From: a virus | Length of the DNA stretch: 64,000 bases | Virus record (IMG/VR): IMGVR_UViG_3300036766_000032 | Span: 11,897 to 75,896 of that record | Reading direction: 5' to 3' (one strand) | Part shown: one piece after another, positions 8,298 to 17,101 of the stretch | Layout: each line of letters begins with the position of its first letter | Numbering within the stretch: position 1 is the stretch's first letter | Program-made: the position numbers and the translations under genes | Notes under the pieces: model-generated | Database searches by the model: none | What the model was told of the DNA's origin: nothing | The model's input: only the letters and a program-made list of their open reading frames with translations

Positions 8298-9184
8298 ATA
8301 CAGAATCAAAGAAGGGACTGTGCATCTATCACGGAGGCGGATGCCTCGACGGTTTCACTTCGGCGTGGGTCGTCCATGAACAATTCGGGGAAGACCTTGA
8401 GTATCACCCTGGAGTATACCAAGAAGCGCCGCCGGACGTGGCCGGACGGAATGTCCTCCTGGTCGACTTCTCGTACAAGAGAGACGTGATCCTAAAGATG
8501 TTAATAAATGGGGCCAAGTCGATCATTATTCTGGATCACCACGAGTCGGCCGTAAGGGAGCTGCAACCTTTACTCGACGACGAAGTGATAGATGGGATTC
8601 TTGACACGAAGAAGTCTGGGTGTCGCCTGACGTGGGAGTGGTTCAACGGTGCGTCGACATCCGTCCCAGAGATACTCTTACGCGTCGAGGACCGCGACCT
8701 ATTCCGGTTCCAGTACGAGGACACGAACGAGGTGGTGGCCGCGCTAGCGTCATACCCGCAAGACTTCGAGACGTGGAGTGTGCTTATGAAGGATCCGACT
8801 CCAGAGATGGACTTGTCGGACGAAGGTCGCCACATACTGCGTAAGCATCACAAGGAGGTCCACGACGCAGTCAATGACCCGTCGCGAAGACTGACTCTGA
8901 CCATTGGCGAATATACCGTCCCCGCTATCAACGCTCCTCATACGCAAGCGTCTGACATCGGTCACGAACTGGCGAAGGGGGCACCGTTCGGCGTGGTGTT
9001 TCACTTAACTGCTGACGGCGGTGTTAGCTTCAGTCTGCGCTCTGAAAAGGGCAGCGGCACCGACGTCTCTCTCATAGCCGAGCAGTTTGGTGGAGGAGGG
9101 CACCGTAACGCGGCTGGGTTTAAGAGTAGTCTAGACGTTCTCTGCGGATTTATGGGCCATGGTCTTATGGGATGCGGACTATGA
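8294..9184 (+). CDS. DHH/DHHA1 family phosphoesterase
   Basis: YH..C.DG, LVDFS, ILDHH, EDRD, GGGGHRNAAGF. Confidence 0.9.
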   Translation: MNTESKKGLCIYHGGGCLDGFTSAWVVHEQFGEDLEYHPGVYQEAPPDVAGRNVLLVDFSYKRDVILKMLINGAKSIIILDHHESAVRELQPLLDDEVIDGILDTKKSGCRLTWEWFNGASTSVPEILLRVEDRDLFRFQYEDTNEVVAALASYPQDFETWSVLMKDPTPEMDLSDEGRHILRKHHKEVHDAVNDPSRRLTLTIGEYTVPAINAPHTQASDIGHELAKGAPFGVVFHLTADGGVSFSLRSEKGSGTDVSLIAEQFGGGGHRNAAGFKSSLDVLCGFMGHGLMGCGL

Positions 9185-9468
9185 ACGGAGAACTGGAACC
9201 CGGAGTCCCACATCCTTGCGCGCTCGACGCTGTTCGGTGGATCCACGAGAATCTCAGCGCGGTAGATCTGCTTCAATGGCGTGAAGCGTTCGCATCTTCA
9301 GCACTGGCGGGGAGCGTAATCGGTGACGTGTGCGGAGAGACGCTGGACCGCTTTCTAGATAACAAGCCCGTCTCGGACAGGTATGTCCTTGGACTCGCAT
9401 GGATGCTTCGTGAATGCCACGTTCCTAACGCATCCGAGAAAGACCACAGCCAGGAGGAGTCGCAGTAA
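9181..9468 (+). CDS. Hypothetical protein
   Basis: ATGA overlap with the upstream gene. Confidence 0.6.
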   Translation: MNGELEPGVPHPCALDAVRWIHENLSAVDLLQWREAFASSALAGSVIGDVCGETLDRFLDNKPVSDRYVLGLAWMLRECHVPNASEKDHSQEESQ

Positions 9469-9665
9469 TGCTTAAACATGTAGGATGTATCCTTGGGATT
9501 CATAAGTGGGTCCAGAGCCGTCCTCTAGTACAGGCCGACGCGTTCCCACCACCATTCGTGAAATACGACACACCGACGCGCAAGTGTGAGCACTGTAGTA
9601 AAGGACAGAACTGGCTCCCAGGTTACGGAGGTAGCGAATTCGGATGCTGGATAGACAAAGTATGA
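9468..9665 (+). CDS. Small Cys/His protein (DUF1660-like)
   Basis: C.LG.HKW...R.C..C; GGAGGAG RBS. Confidence 0.55.
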   Translation: MLKHVGCILGIHKWVQSRPLVQADAFPPPFVKYDTPTRKCEHCSKGQNWLPGYGGSEFGCWIDKV

Positions 9666-10546
9666 GGCCGATGCTTGCAGCCAAACTGGACGACATGCCC
9701 GCGCGCTATCCTCTCCTCGCATCCCCGAAGTTGGACGGAGTGCGTGCCTTGATCATCAACGGGGAAGTGCTGAGCCGTTCACTGAAGCCGATACCGAACC
9801 AGCACGTCCAGGAACTGTTCGGGCGTCAGGCACTAGAGGGATTCGACGGCGAGTTGATCGTCGGCTCTCCGGTAGCGTCGGACGCATACCGCGCCACGAT
9901 GAGCGGAGTCATGAGCCAGAGCGGCGAGCCGGACGTGACGTTCCACGTGTTCGACAACTACACGTTAGCGTACGAAACCTTCGATGTCCGGTTGGCTTCC
10001 GTGGTCCGCGCGATCATTAAACTGCGAAACGGAAACAGGCGCATTCACAGCGTCCCCCACATTCTGGTGTCGCACGACGAGGATCTATTACGGTACGAGA
10101 CGTGCATGCTATCAGAGGGTTATGAAGGGGTCATGCTCCGTCACCCGGACGGGGTCTACAAGCATGGGCGAGCTACCTTGCGCGAAGGGTCGCTAATGAA
10201 GTTGAAACGTTTCGAAGACTCCGAGGCCGTGGTACTGGGATGCGACGAGCTGATGCACAACGCCAACGAGGCGACGCGCGACGAATTGGGGCGTACGAAG
10301 CGATCGAGTCACAAAGCGGGTAAGGTAGGGCGTGGCACTCTCGGAGCGCTCCACGTGCGGGATGTCAAGTCTGGCGTTGAGTTTGACATCGGCACGGGAT
10401 TCGACGACGCGACGCGCAAGGCGCTGTGGGGTGTTCGCACTACCTTGCCGGGGAAACTCGTCAAGTACAAGTATTTCCCCAGCGGTTCGAAGGACAAACC
10501 CAGATTTCCCGTGTTCTTAGGTTTCCGAGACCTTACCGATCTGTAA
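9662..10546 (+). CDS. ATP-dependent DNA ligase
   Basis: PMLA, KLDGVR, FDGEL, FHVFD, EGVML, KLKRF, C-terminal OB fold. Confidence 0.95.
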   Translation: MRPMLAAKLDDMPARYPLLASPKLDGVRALIINGEVLSRSLKPIPNQHVQELFGRQALEGFDGELIVGSPVASDAYRATMSGVMSQSGEPDVTFHVFDNYTLAYETFDVRLASVVRAIIKLRNGNRRIHSVPHILVSHDEDLLRYETCMLSEGYEGVMLRHPDGVYKHGRATLREGSLMKLKRFEDSEAVVLGCDELMHNANEATRDELGRTKRSSHKAGKVGRGTLGALHVRDVKSGVEFDIGTGFDDATRKALWGVRTTLPGKLVKYKYFPSGSKDKPRFPVFLGFRDLTDL

Positions 10547-10637
10547 GTTGTTGATTGTAGGTATATTAAAACGCTTTACTTAGAGGGCTTCATCTGGTGT
10601 ATGATTAATCATACCCACTGGAGAGAAAGCCATGAAA
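10544..10637 (+). repeat. Promoter/RBS cassette A, copy 1 (IHF box, TTTACT-N19-TATGAT, 16-bp palindrome, RBS, ATG)
   Basis: 94 bp, 3 mismatches versus 13284-13377. Confidence 0.9.
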
Positions 10638-10910
10638 GCCCTAGTCCAAGCCACTGAGACCTTCCTAGATGGTTCCAACGATAAGACAAGTCGTGAAGCT
10701 ATTTCCCTCTATACACTGACTAGCAAGAAGTTCTTCCCCTGGACTAACGGAGTCCCTTCTGATCCCAACGAAGTCCTGTCGATAATGGGCATCCCGAAGA
10801 GTCTGGTCTCCGACGTTCACTACTTAATCAGCGGTAATGGCCGCGTCCTTGTTGCTACCTACAACAACGAAACCCAGCTAGTGGTCAACGTCACCCCGAT
10901 AGAGGAGTAG
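10632..10910 (+). CDS. Hypothetical early protein
   Basis: Starts at the ATG of cassette A. Confidence 0.75.
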   Translation: MKALVQATETFLDGSNDKTSREAISLYTLTSKKFFPWTNGVPSDPNEVLSIMGIPKSLVSDVHYLISGNGRVLVATYNNETQLVVNVTPIEE

Positions 10911-10915
10911 CCATC

Positions 10916-11173
10916 ATGGGAATTTACAAGTACGAAGTAATCGAGTCCCGCCGCTACGTACGCGATGACGGCGCAAAGGCTTCCATCTACGGTGCCTGTC
11001 CGTGGCAGAGCGCGGCTGAAGAAGCTCGCTGGAAGATTGAGACCGTAGGATACACGGTGCGCAATCCGTACACCGGACAAGTCGGTATCGGCCGTGCCCC
11101 CTGGAAGACTAGCGAAGAGGCGCAAGCCTTCGCCAACCAATTCCCCGCAAATCGCACTCCTATAGGAGACTAA
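10916..11173 (+). CDS. Hypothetical early protein
   Basis: GAGGAG RBS, tight operon packing. Confidence 0.7.
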   Translation: MGIYKYEVIESRRYVRDDGAKASIYGACPWQSAAEEARWKIETVGYTVRNPYTGQVGIGRAPWKTSEEAQAFANQFPANRTPIGD

Positions 11174-11174
11174 C

Positions 11175-11477
11175 ATGCCCCCAAGATCGTTCGACGACGC
11201 AATCTGCAACGCGATAGACCGAGTTCCTATCCCACCCCCGGACCACATCAAGACGCTAGGTTTCGTGTTCCAGCTCATCCAAAACTCGGAAGACTGGATG
11301 CTTTCGATCGACACGACTATACCCAAGACCATGACCGCAATAGTGCGCGAGTCCATCATGTACTACGTCGGGGTGGAGCCGACATTCACCGAGGTCAGCG
11401 CGAAAGCAGTACGCGTGACGTCCATCGGGCGTCGTGCTCAAATGTGTGAACAGTTCGTAGCGAGCATCCTCCCATGA
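11175..11477 (+). CDS. Hypothetical early protein
   Basis: AGGAG RBS. Confidence 0.65.
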   Translation: MPPRSFDDAICNAIDRVPIPPPDHIKTLGFVFQLIQNSEDWMLSIDTTIPKTMTAIVRESIMYYVGVEPTFTEVSAKAVRVTSIGRRAQMCEQFVASILP

Positions 11478-11944
11478 CGATTAAGTTCGAACTCGGTGAA
11501 CGTGTCGGCATACAACCTGCCCGCACATACGCAAACGCCGAGCTCTGGTCAACTGGGACAATAACGAGAGTCACGAAGACCTTGGTCGAAGTGACTACGG
11601 ACAGCGGGTCGAAGAAACGCTTCCGCATCTCGGACTGGCGCGACGCCGATTCTTCATCCGAGTGGAATCGAGCCTTCCTTTGCATCGAAGCGCATGCTCT
11701 GGAACACAATGTCTCGGCCAGGAAGAAGCAAGAGACTCAGCGCGCTCGCACTGAGTTAACCAAGACAATCGCGGAAGCTTCCCCTGACCACGTGCTCAGG
11801 CTCCGTGCGCTGGTGGCTGCGTTCATGGTCGATGAAGCTGAGCGTGTTAGAATTCAAGGACTCGTCGATGCGAAGTTACAGGGTGGGGGAACGACTTGCG
11901 AGGAAGCGCGCTCTGCCTCTACGGACAGCTACCTGGATAAGTGA
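11474..11944 (+). CDS. Hypothetical protein (small N-terminal beta-barrel plus helical part)
   Basis: ATGA overlap. Confidence 0.65.
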   Translation: MTIKFELGERVGIQPARTYANAELWSTGTITRVTKTLVEVTTDSGSKKRFRISDWRDADSSSEWNRAFLCIEAHALEHNVSARKKQETQRARTELTKTIAEASPDHVLRLRALVAAFMVDEAERVRIQGLVDAKLQGGGTTCEEARSASTDSYLDK

Positions 11945-12041
11945 TTGTCCTGCAATTAGATTTAGATGTTTACTTTCCTATCTAACCTGGGTGATTATTA
12001 ATCATCAGCTAGAAACAACCAGGAGAGAAGACCATGCGCAA
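11944..12041 (+). repeat. Promoter/RBS cassette B, copy 1
   Basis: ATTGTCCTGCAATTAGATTTAGATGTTTAC...TATTAATCATC...AAACAACCAGGAGAGAAGACCATGCGCAA shared with 62514-62611. Confidence 0.88.
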
Positions 12042-12162
12042 GACCCGACTCACCGACCGCCGCTACATCAAGACCCTGATCAAGATGTACCTGCGAATCA
12101 AATACGCCGAATTGATGCTGGCGCTAGACGCCGCACCCACTTCACTGAAGTTCGCCGCTTAG
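12034..12162 (+). CDS. 42-aa basic early peptide, absent from the ORF track (MRKTRLTDRRYIKTLIKMYLRIKYAELMLALDAAPTSLKFAA)
   Basis: Begins at the ATG of cassette B behind AGGAG. Confidence 0.7.
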   Translation: MRKTRLTDRRYIKTLIKMYLRIKYAELMLALDAAPTSLKFAA

Positions 12163-12173
12163 GAGAATGCAAA

Positions 12174-12422
12174 GTGTCTAACTACGAAACGTTCCTGTCT
12201 GTCTATGGAAATCACTTGAAGTACTACATTCAGAAATATCCAAACTCGTATTCATACCAAATAGAAGAAGTTCCATCAGTGGCGTTGAAAATGGTAGCCG
12301 CGCTGAAGAAAGGCTCTGCGAGCATCGTATCCCCGGCTATTCGGCAGACGTGCAAAGACTTAGACATCCGATGCAGCGTCTCAAGTATAGTGAGTTATTT
12401 AAGCGAGGAGAGAAAGCCATGA
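12174..12422 (+). CDS. Hypothetical protein (GTG start)
   Basis: AGGAG at 12161; 3' part of track ORF 11805-12422. Confidence 0.65.
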   Translation: MSNYETFLSVYGNHLKYYIQKYPNSYSYQIEEVPSVALKMVAALKKGSASIVSPAIRQTCKDLDIRCSVSSIVSYLSEERKP

Positions 12423-13069
12423 AAACATTAATCGCCGGAGTCGTTCTGCTTGTCAGTGCTGTACAGGTCCAGGCTTCATGCAAAGAATTCCTGGAAGAGG
12501 TCAAGCCTTATCAGATCAACTATGCAGTGGCCACTACGATTTTCCAACAACAAGCAGCCTTGACGGGTATGCTCCTGGTCCAGAATCAGCACTCCGGGGA
12601 AGCTTGTAAATTCGATCCCAGTGCCTACGCTGGACAGGTCGCCAAGGAGCGCGCTCGGGTTCGAAGGAACGAGGAGGAAGCTGCGCGTAGGGAGGAGGAA
12701 GAAAAGATCAAAGCCGACGTTCAATCAATAATAATGGAACACAAGAAGGCGACAAAGGAATACAACCTCTGCGTCAAGACACAGACGGGGGACGTCCTGT
12801 CATGGTGTACCGAGATAATGACCAAAGGCTCTTCGATAGAATATCTGAAGAGTCAGTCTCTGGCAAGGAAGCAACGATCCGAACAGGCTGAGACAGTCAG
12901 GATTGCCGCCGCCCGTCAGGTTGAGTCTGAGATTAAACGACGCCAAGAATTCGATCTTTGCTTGACGTCCACCAACTTCGAACTGATCAACCGCTGCCGC
13001 GAGTTACTGAGAAATAAGGAGCTCACTCTGGAGACCCTGAAAGCCAACGTCGAAGGGAGCCTCCGATGA
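12419..13069 (+). CDS. Exported helical protein with a signal peptide
   Basis: MKTLIAGVVLLVSAVQVQA; GAGGAG RBS. Confidence 0.65.
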   Translation: MKTLIAGVVLLVSAVQVQASCKEFLEEVKPYQINYAVATTIFQQQAALTGMLLVQNQHSGEACKFDPSAYAGQVAKERARVRRNEEEAARREEEEKIKADVQSIIMEHKKATKEYNLCVKTQTGDVLSWCTEIMTKGSSIEYLKSQSLARKQRSEQAETVRIAAARQVESEIKRRQEFDLCLTSTNFELINRCRELLRNKELTLETLKANVEGSLR

Positions 13070-13278
13070 GTTCCTACAGTTACTGTGTGACCTGCGAAGT
13101 CCCGATACACCCTGCTACCCTGTGGGAGATTATCGACGGAAAACAAGAGTGTGTTTCTGGGCATGTCAATCCACCGAACAGAACTAAGGACGAATTCTTA
13201 CTGGATTTGGCAGAGCGCGTACAAGTGCTTGAGATGCTGGGTCGGCAGCGTAGCGACAAATTGAAGAGTAATCTATGA
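13066..13278 (+). CDS. Small zinc-ribbon-like protein
   Basis: CxxC...CxxGH. Confidence 0.6.
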   Translation: MSSYSYCVTCEVPIHPATLWEIIDGKQECVSGHVNPPNRTKDEFLLDLAERVQVLEMLGRQRSDKLKSNL

Positions 13279-13283
13279 AGTAC

Positions 13284-13377
13284 TAAGTTGTTGATTGTAG
13301 GTATATTAAAACGCTTTACTTAGGGGACTTCATCGGGTGTATGATTAATCATACCCACTGGAGAGAAAGCCATGAAA
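13284..13377 (+). repeat. Promoter/RBS cassette A, copy 2
   Basis: Direct repeat of 10544-10637. Confidence 0.9.
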
Positions 13378-13638
13378 AACAAAGACCGAGTTGTCGAAGT
13401 CGCTGCCAAAGCTTTCAAAGTCTCGGGCCAATATAAATCTGTCCTCGAAGCCGCCCGTGCCATTGCGCAGTATCGGTCAGAATCTGAAGCCGCTTATAAA
13501 GTCTATCTGGAGTCTGAAGGTCAGGTGTCTCAGGAGGCTTACAAGGACGCAGCTCTCGCAGTACAGAGAACGAATGTAGCCTACAAGGCTTATAAAGCAT
13601 TCCTGGTCGCTGAACTTTCCGCAGCTCGCGCAAGCTAG
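13372..13638 (+). CDS. Hypothetical Ala-rich helical early protein
   Basis: Starts at the ATG of cassette A copy 2; stop codon overlaps the convergent late operon. Confidence 0.75.
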   Translation: MKNKDRVVEVAAKAFKVSGQYKSVLEAARAIAQYRSESEAAYKVYLESEGQVSQEAYKDAALAVQRTNVAYKAYKAFLVAELSAARAS

Positions 13639-13997
13639 GTCTGCTTGGCAGGGGCGTAGTACCTGCGCAGCGCCGCCTTGTCCGCGTTGCAGCGCTCTAG
13701 CGTCTTCAGCAACGCCTTTGCTTTGGTCCGGCGCGGCAGTGGGCAGTCCTCCAGCAAGTAAGCGGGTGGTGGAGGTGCGCTACGCGTCAAGGCGTCCAGC
13801 GCGGATCGCAGAGCGACGTCACCCCCCTGTAGCCGCGTGTCTCCGTCGCTCACTTGCGACGCCATGAAGCCCGTCGAACCGGTCAGCGCTGCGATGAGCG
13901 CGGTCACAGCCAGCACCGCCGTCTTCGTTCCCATCAGTTGCACGATGCCGTCCACTACGACTACAACACGGTTCTTTGGTTCTGCGGTCATGTTCAT
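13635..13997 (-). CDS. Spanin-like protein (N-terminal TM, Rz1/LysC-like C-terminus)
   Basis: PPPPAYLLEDCPLP...LERCNADKAALR; follows the endolysin. Confidence 0.6.
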   Translation of the reverse strand: MNMTAEPKNRVVVVVDGIVQLMGTKTAVLAVTALIAALTGSTGFMASQVSDGDTRLQGGDVALRSALDALTRSAPPPPAYLLEDCPLPRRTKAKALLKTLERCNADKAALRRYYAPAKQT

Positions 13998-14008
13998 GCA
14001 CTACCTCC

Positions 14009-14494
14009 TCACGTTTGCACTGTTACCGGCGCTGCGATCAGGCTGAGCAACTCAATGAACCGCCTTCTTGCTTCCGGTCCGGAGTTCGGGTACACGTACG
14101 CTCCGTCCTTGTCCCGCGCCCAGAGCGTCTTGCGTCCGTTCAATAGCGGCCTCAGGTCCAGGTGCAGCATCGGCCCCGGATGCGTGAACGGGTATAGTCC
14201 GATCCCGCCCCACCACTCCTCCATCTCCACAGCGAGCAGCCACGCCTCACTGACGTCCCCCTTGGGGAATACATCGACTGCGTCGGATAGACGTCCCACG
14301 GCGTAGTGGCGTGACGTTGGCGCCCCGTCTAGGCGTGCGAGCGCGCCCTTGGCCGGTGACGGGGTCAGTGGGTGCTTATAGATCTCGCGGAAGTTGTCGA
14401 GTAGCAGAATCAACGCCGGGTCCGCATACGTGTCCGGGTCTTCTGGGAACTCTGACGGTTTGAAGTACTTGATCTCGGTCCAGTCTATCGGCAC
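14009..14494 (-). CDS. Endolysin, peptidase M15 family
   Basis: YF..SEF, SRH...AVD, GGIGLY, HLDLR zinc motifs. Confidence 0.82.
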   Translation of the reverse strand: MPIDWTEIKYFKPSEFPEDPDTYADPALILLLDNFREIYKHPLTPSPAKGALARLDGAPTSRHYAVGRLSDAVDVFPKGDVSEAWLLAVEMEEWWGGIGLYPFTHPGPMLHLDLRPLLNGRKTLWARDKDGAYVYPNSGPEARRRFIELLSLIAAPVTVQT

Positions 14495-14509
14495 GTGGGC
14501 ATCCTCCTG

Positions 14510-15448
14510 TTAGCGAATCACACAGCCGCTGCGCACGCCGCTGTGCATTGCGGTACATGCCATCTGCCCGGCTGCGTTGAGGGCGTTGATCATGTACGTG
14601 TCGGGCAGAAGCAAGGGTAGGCCAGACGACCAGACAGCGCCGGTGCTCCCCAGCGCACCAACGTACACACCCGAGTCGTTGATGTCCGCCGCAAGCGCTC
14701 CCTCCTCCGTGTAGTGCGCACCGTCTGCGTAGTCCACGATGGACATCGGTACTCCGTAGAAGACGAACCCGACGACTGCGTCCCCATGATTGTTGATCGC
14801 AGCGGTCTTCGGAGTGCCGAAGGCGAAGAATGCCGTTGCCGAGTCCTCTGTGTCTTGGTCGCTGAATCGCGCGATGCCGTTCTCATCCGAGCCGACGATA
14901 GTCTTGTGACACACTCCGTCGCCGAGGTCATTGAGTGCGTAGACCTCTGCGCACGTCGCAGGCTTGATGTTCATGCCGTCGTACGTGAGTGCCGCCCCGC
15001 CGCTGCTGTAGGCGGTGTTGCTGACTGCGTCAACCTGCAACCCAATAACCTGCGCAGGAGCGCCGTTGGTCCATAGGGTAGCCACCGGCAGACTCGCCTT
15101 AGCCCCTTGACTAGCGCCACCGATGTGGATGCCGTCGGAGCTGACCGCTGTTACACGCGTGTCCGTCTTACCGGCGGCCGGAGTCAGCCACGCTATCTCA
15201 TTGGCGGAGTCGAACCGGAACGAGAAGTTGCGCTGGTAGCTGCAACAGAAGCGGTTGACGTACTTCTTCCATGTGTAAGTCGCGTTGCAATAAGCGTTCC
15301 CGTAGTCATCGACTGCCACACACTCCACAGAGCGAGTCGCTGTCGTTGGAACTGTAGACGTAACCGGTGGAAGAGGACTGACTTCAACGACTGCCGCCTG
15401 TGCGAAGGACAAGACGAAGCTCAACACTAACAGAATCAGAATACGCAT
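14510..15448 (-). CDS. Exported beta-propeller-like protein with HAF-type repeats
   Basis: Signal peptide; repeats AINNHGDAVVG, ADINDSGVYVG, ALNAAGQMA. Confidence 0.65.
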   Translation of the reverse strand: MRILILLVLSFVLSFAQAAVVEVSPLPPVTSTVPTTATRSVECVAVDDYGNAYCNATYTWKKYVNRFCCSYQRNFSFRFDSANEIAWLTPAAGKTDTRVTAVSSDGIHIGGASQGAKASLPVATLWTNGAPAQVIGLQVDAVSNTAYSSGGAALTYDGMNIKPATCAEVYALNDLGDGVCHKTIVGSDENGIARFSDQDTEDSATAFFAFGTPKTAAINNHGDAVVGFVFYGVPMSIVDYADGAHYTEEGALAADINDSGVYVGALGSTGAVWSSGLPLLLPDTYMINALNAAGQMACTAMHSGVRSGCVIR

Positions 15449-15472
15449 ATCTATTCTCCTTTCGTGGTTGTA

Positions 15473-16291
15473 CTACGTTGTCGGTTCACTAATAATCCAC
15501 GCTACGCTCGACGTGTCCGCTCCGCTAGTGGACGTTATGTTGAACGACGTGCCCGGTGTACGCGCGGAGACATAGAGCGCTCCAGGCGTACCCCCAACTA
15601 CATTAGAGGTCAGGAAGATGCGGCTAGTCGTCGTCACTGCCGTGGTAGGGACCGTGATCGTCCCGCCCGACAGTGCGATTAGTCCCTGTCGATCATCGCC
15701 AGCTCCCAGCTCCTTCACCTCCAGCCCCAACTTCTCCACCTTTTCATCTTGCAACTCTCGCAGCGCCGCATGCACCGTCTGGGCTATGAGTCCGCCGGTT
15801 GTAGAAGAGAACGCTACCTGCTCAGCAGTTAGAGCTATTATCTCATCATGGAGTTCCCGCAGCGCCGCACCTACCGTCTGCGCTAGTAGCCCACCCGTGG
15901 CGGAGGAGTAGGACAGGTTCTCTGCACTGTGTGCAGTGCCCGACGCTAGATGGCTGCTTAGGGCAGCGTCGACATCGAGTATCTCGTCCTGTAACTCGAT
16001 CAGCGCCGCATGCACCGTCTGGGCTATGAGTCCGCCCGTGGTGGAGGAGAACGCGATTTGACTGGCAGCTAGAGCTAATATCTCGTCCTGGAGTTCCCGC
16101 AGAGCGCCAGCTACCGTAACCGATACGATGCCTCCGGTAGCGGACGTGAACGTAATCATCGTTGCGTCGATGTAGTCAATGAAAGCAGCGAGAGTCAACT
16201 TGAAGTTGCTGCCCGCCTGAACGACCACGACCAACTCAGAACCGTCTAGCGCCGCTGCCGCTGATAGCTGACTGATCTTCTGGTTAGGCAT
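15473..16291 (-). CDS. Tail fibre/collar protein with four internal repeats
   Basis: N-terminal KISQL..A..L.G.E; 4x (F/Y)xSxTGG..xxTVxxALxELxDE. Confidence 0.7.
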   Translation of the reverse strand: MPNQKISQLSAAAALDGSELVVVVQAGSNFKLTLAAFIDYIDATMITFTSATGGIVSVTVAGALRELQDEILALAASQIAFSSTTGGLIAQTVHAALIELQDEILDVDAALSSHLASGTAHSAENLSYSSATGGLLAQTVGAALRELHDEIIALTAEQVAFSSTTGGLIAQTVHAALRELQDEKVEKLGLEVKELGAGDDRQGLIALSGGTITVPTTAVTTTSRIFLTSNVVGGTPGALYVSARTPGTSFNITSTSGADTSSVAWIISEPTT

Positions 16292-16472
16292 TGGCAGTCA
16301 CCTTCCTTAGTTCGTCGAGGATCGGACGGAACTCTATCCAGCCGTTCTCAGTCAGTTCTTCATCTGTCTTCGCCTGCATCAGCAAGCAAGTCTCAGCCGT
16401 TGCAGTCAAGGTTCCGGACCTGTCACGGCGAAGCACAAGGTCGCCTCCTACGTATTTGAGTTCCATACTCAC
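16284..16472 (-). CDS. Small hypothetical protein (possible fibre chaperone)
   Basis: Position between fibre genes, overlapping the next start. Confidence 0.5.
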   Translation of the reverse strand: MSMELKYVGGDLVLRRDRSGTLTATAETCLLMQAKTDEELTENGWIEFRPILDELRKVTANA

Positions 16473-16479
16473 ACCCCCA

Positions 16480-17097
16480 CTAAGTTAACATCCGTTGCCA
16501 CTCTAACGTGACGGCCCCGTTGCGAGCAGCCAGAGTCACATTAACTCCGTCCGACCAAAGAAACCCCATTCGCAAAGGGGAGCCAGATTCCACCCACACC
16601 CCTGAAAAATTCAGTCGTAGACGCACACCAGACCCAGAGGTGGCAAAGTTGTACCATCCTGGAGCATCCGCGACCCATCCGGTATTATTTGGCATGTACA
16701 GACTTCCTACAGTTCCGGAGGACTTGTCTACGTCTCCACCGACGAACCCGATCCCATCCTGAATGCCCGTATATGGGATCACAGCTCCATCTCCCCCGTC
16801 GTGATTGTGACTGTACCCGTTGGTCACCATCTTTGACGAAACATCAGTCGCAAGAGTTGCAGCCGTGACGCTTCCCAATGCGAACTTCTCGTCCGTAGCG
16901 GCTTGATCTCTAACGGTTGCCGCCGTCACCGCCTGAACTCCCGATCCTTGATCCAGTGCTGCTGCCTGGATCCGTGGCGCTGTCGCACCACCGTCAGAGA
17001 TCGCCAGAGGATTGTCCCGAAGCGCCACGAGCAGCGCAGACGTGATCGGGCTGCGCGGGTCAATGTCGGTCTCAATGATCGTTGTGAATGCAGTCAT
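16480..17097 (-). CDS. Short tail fibre / receptor-binding paralog 3
   Basis: Shared N-terminus MT.FTTI...SP...L.DNP.AI.(D/E)G...APR and NG.SH.H.GGDG. Confidence 0.7.
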   Translation of the reverse strand: MTAFTTIIETDIDPRSPITSALLVALRDNPLAISDGGATAPRIQAAALDQGSGVQAVTAATVRDQAATDEKFALGSVTAATLATDVSSKMVTNGYSHNHDGGDGAVIPYTGIQDGIGFVGGDVDKSSGTVGSLYMPNNTGWVADAPGWYNFATSGSGVRLRLNFSGVWVESGSPLRMGFLWSDGVNVTLAARNGAVTLEWQRMLT

Positions 17098-17101
17098 GAG
17101 C

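Noticed and set aside
11805-12173. N-terminal part of the 205-aa track ORF
   Set aside because: It spans a promoter cassette and another ORF; the likely start is GTG 12174 behind AGGAG
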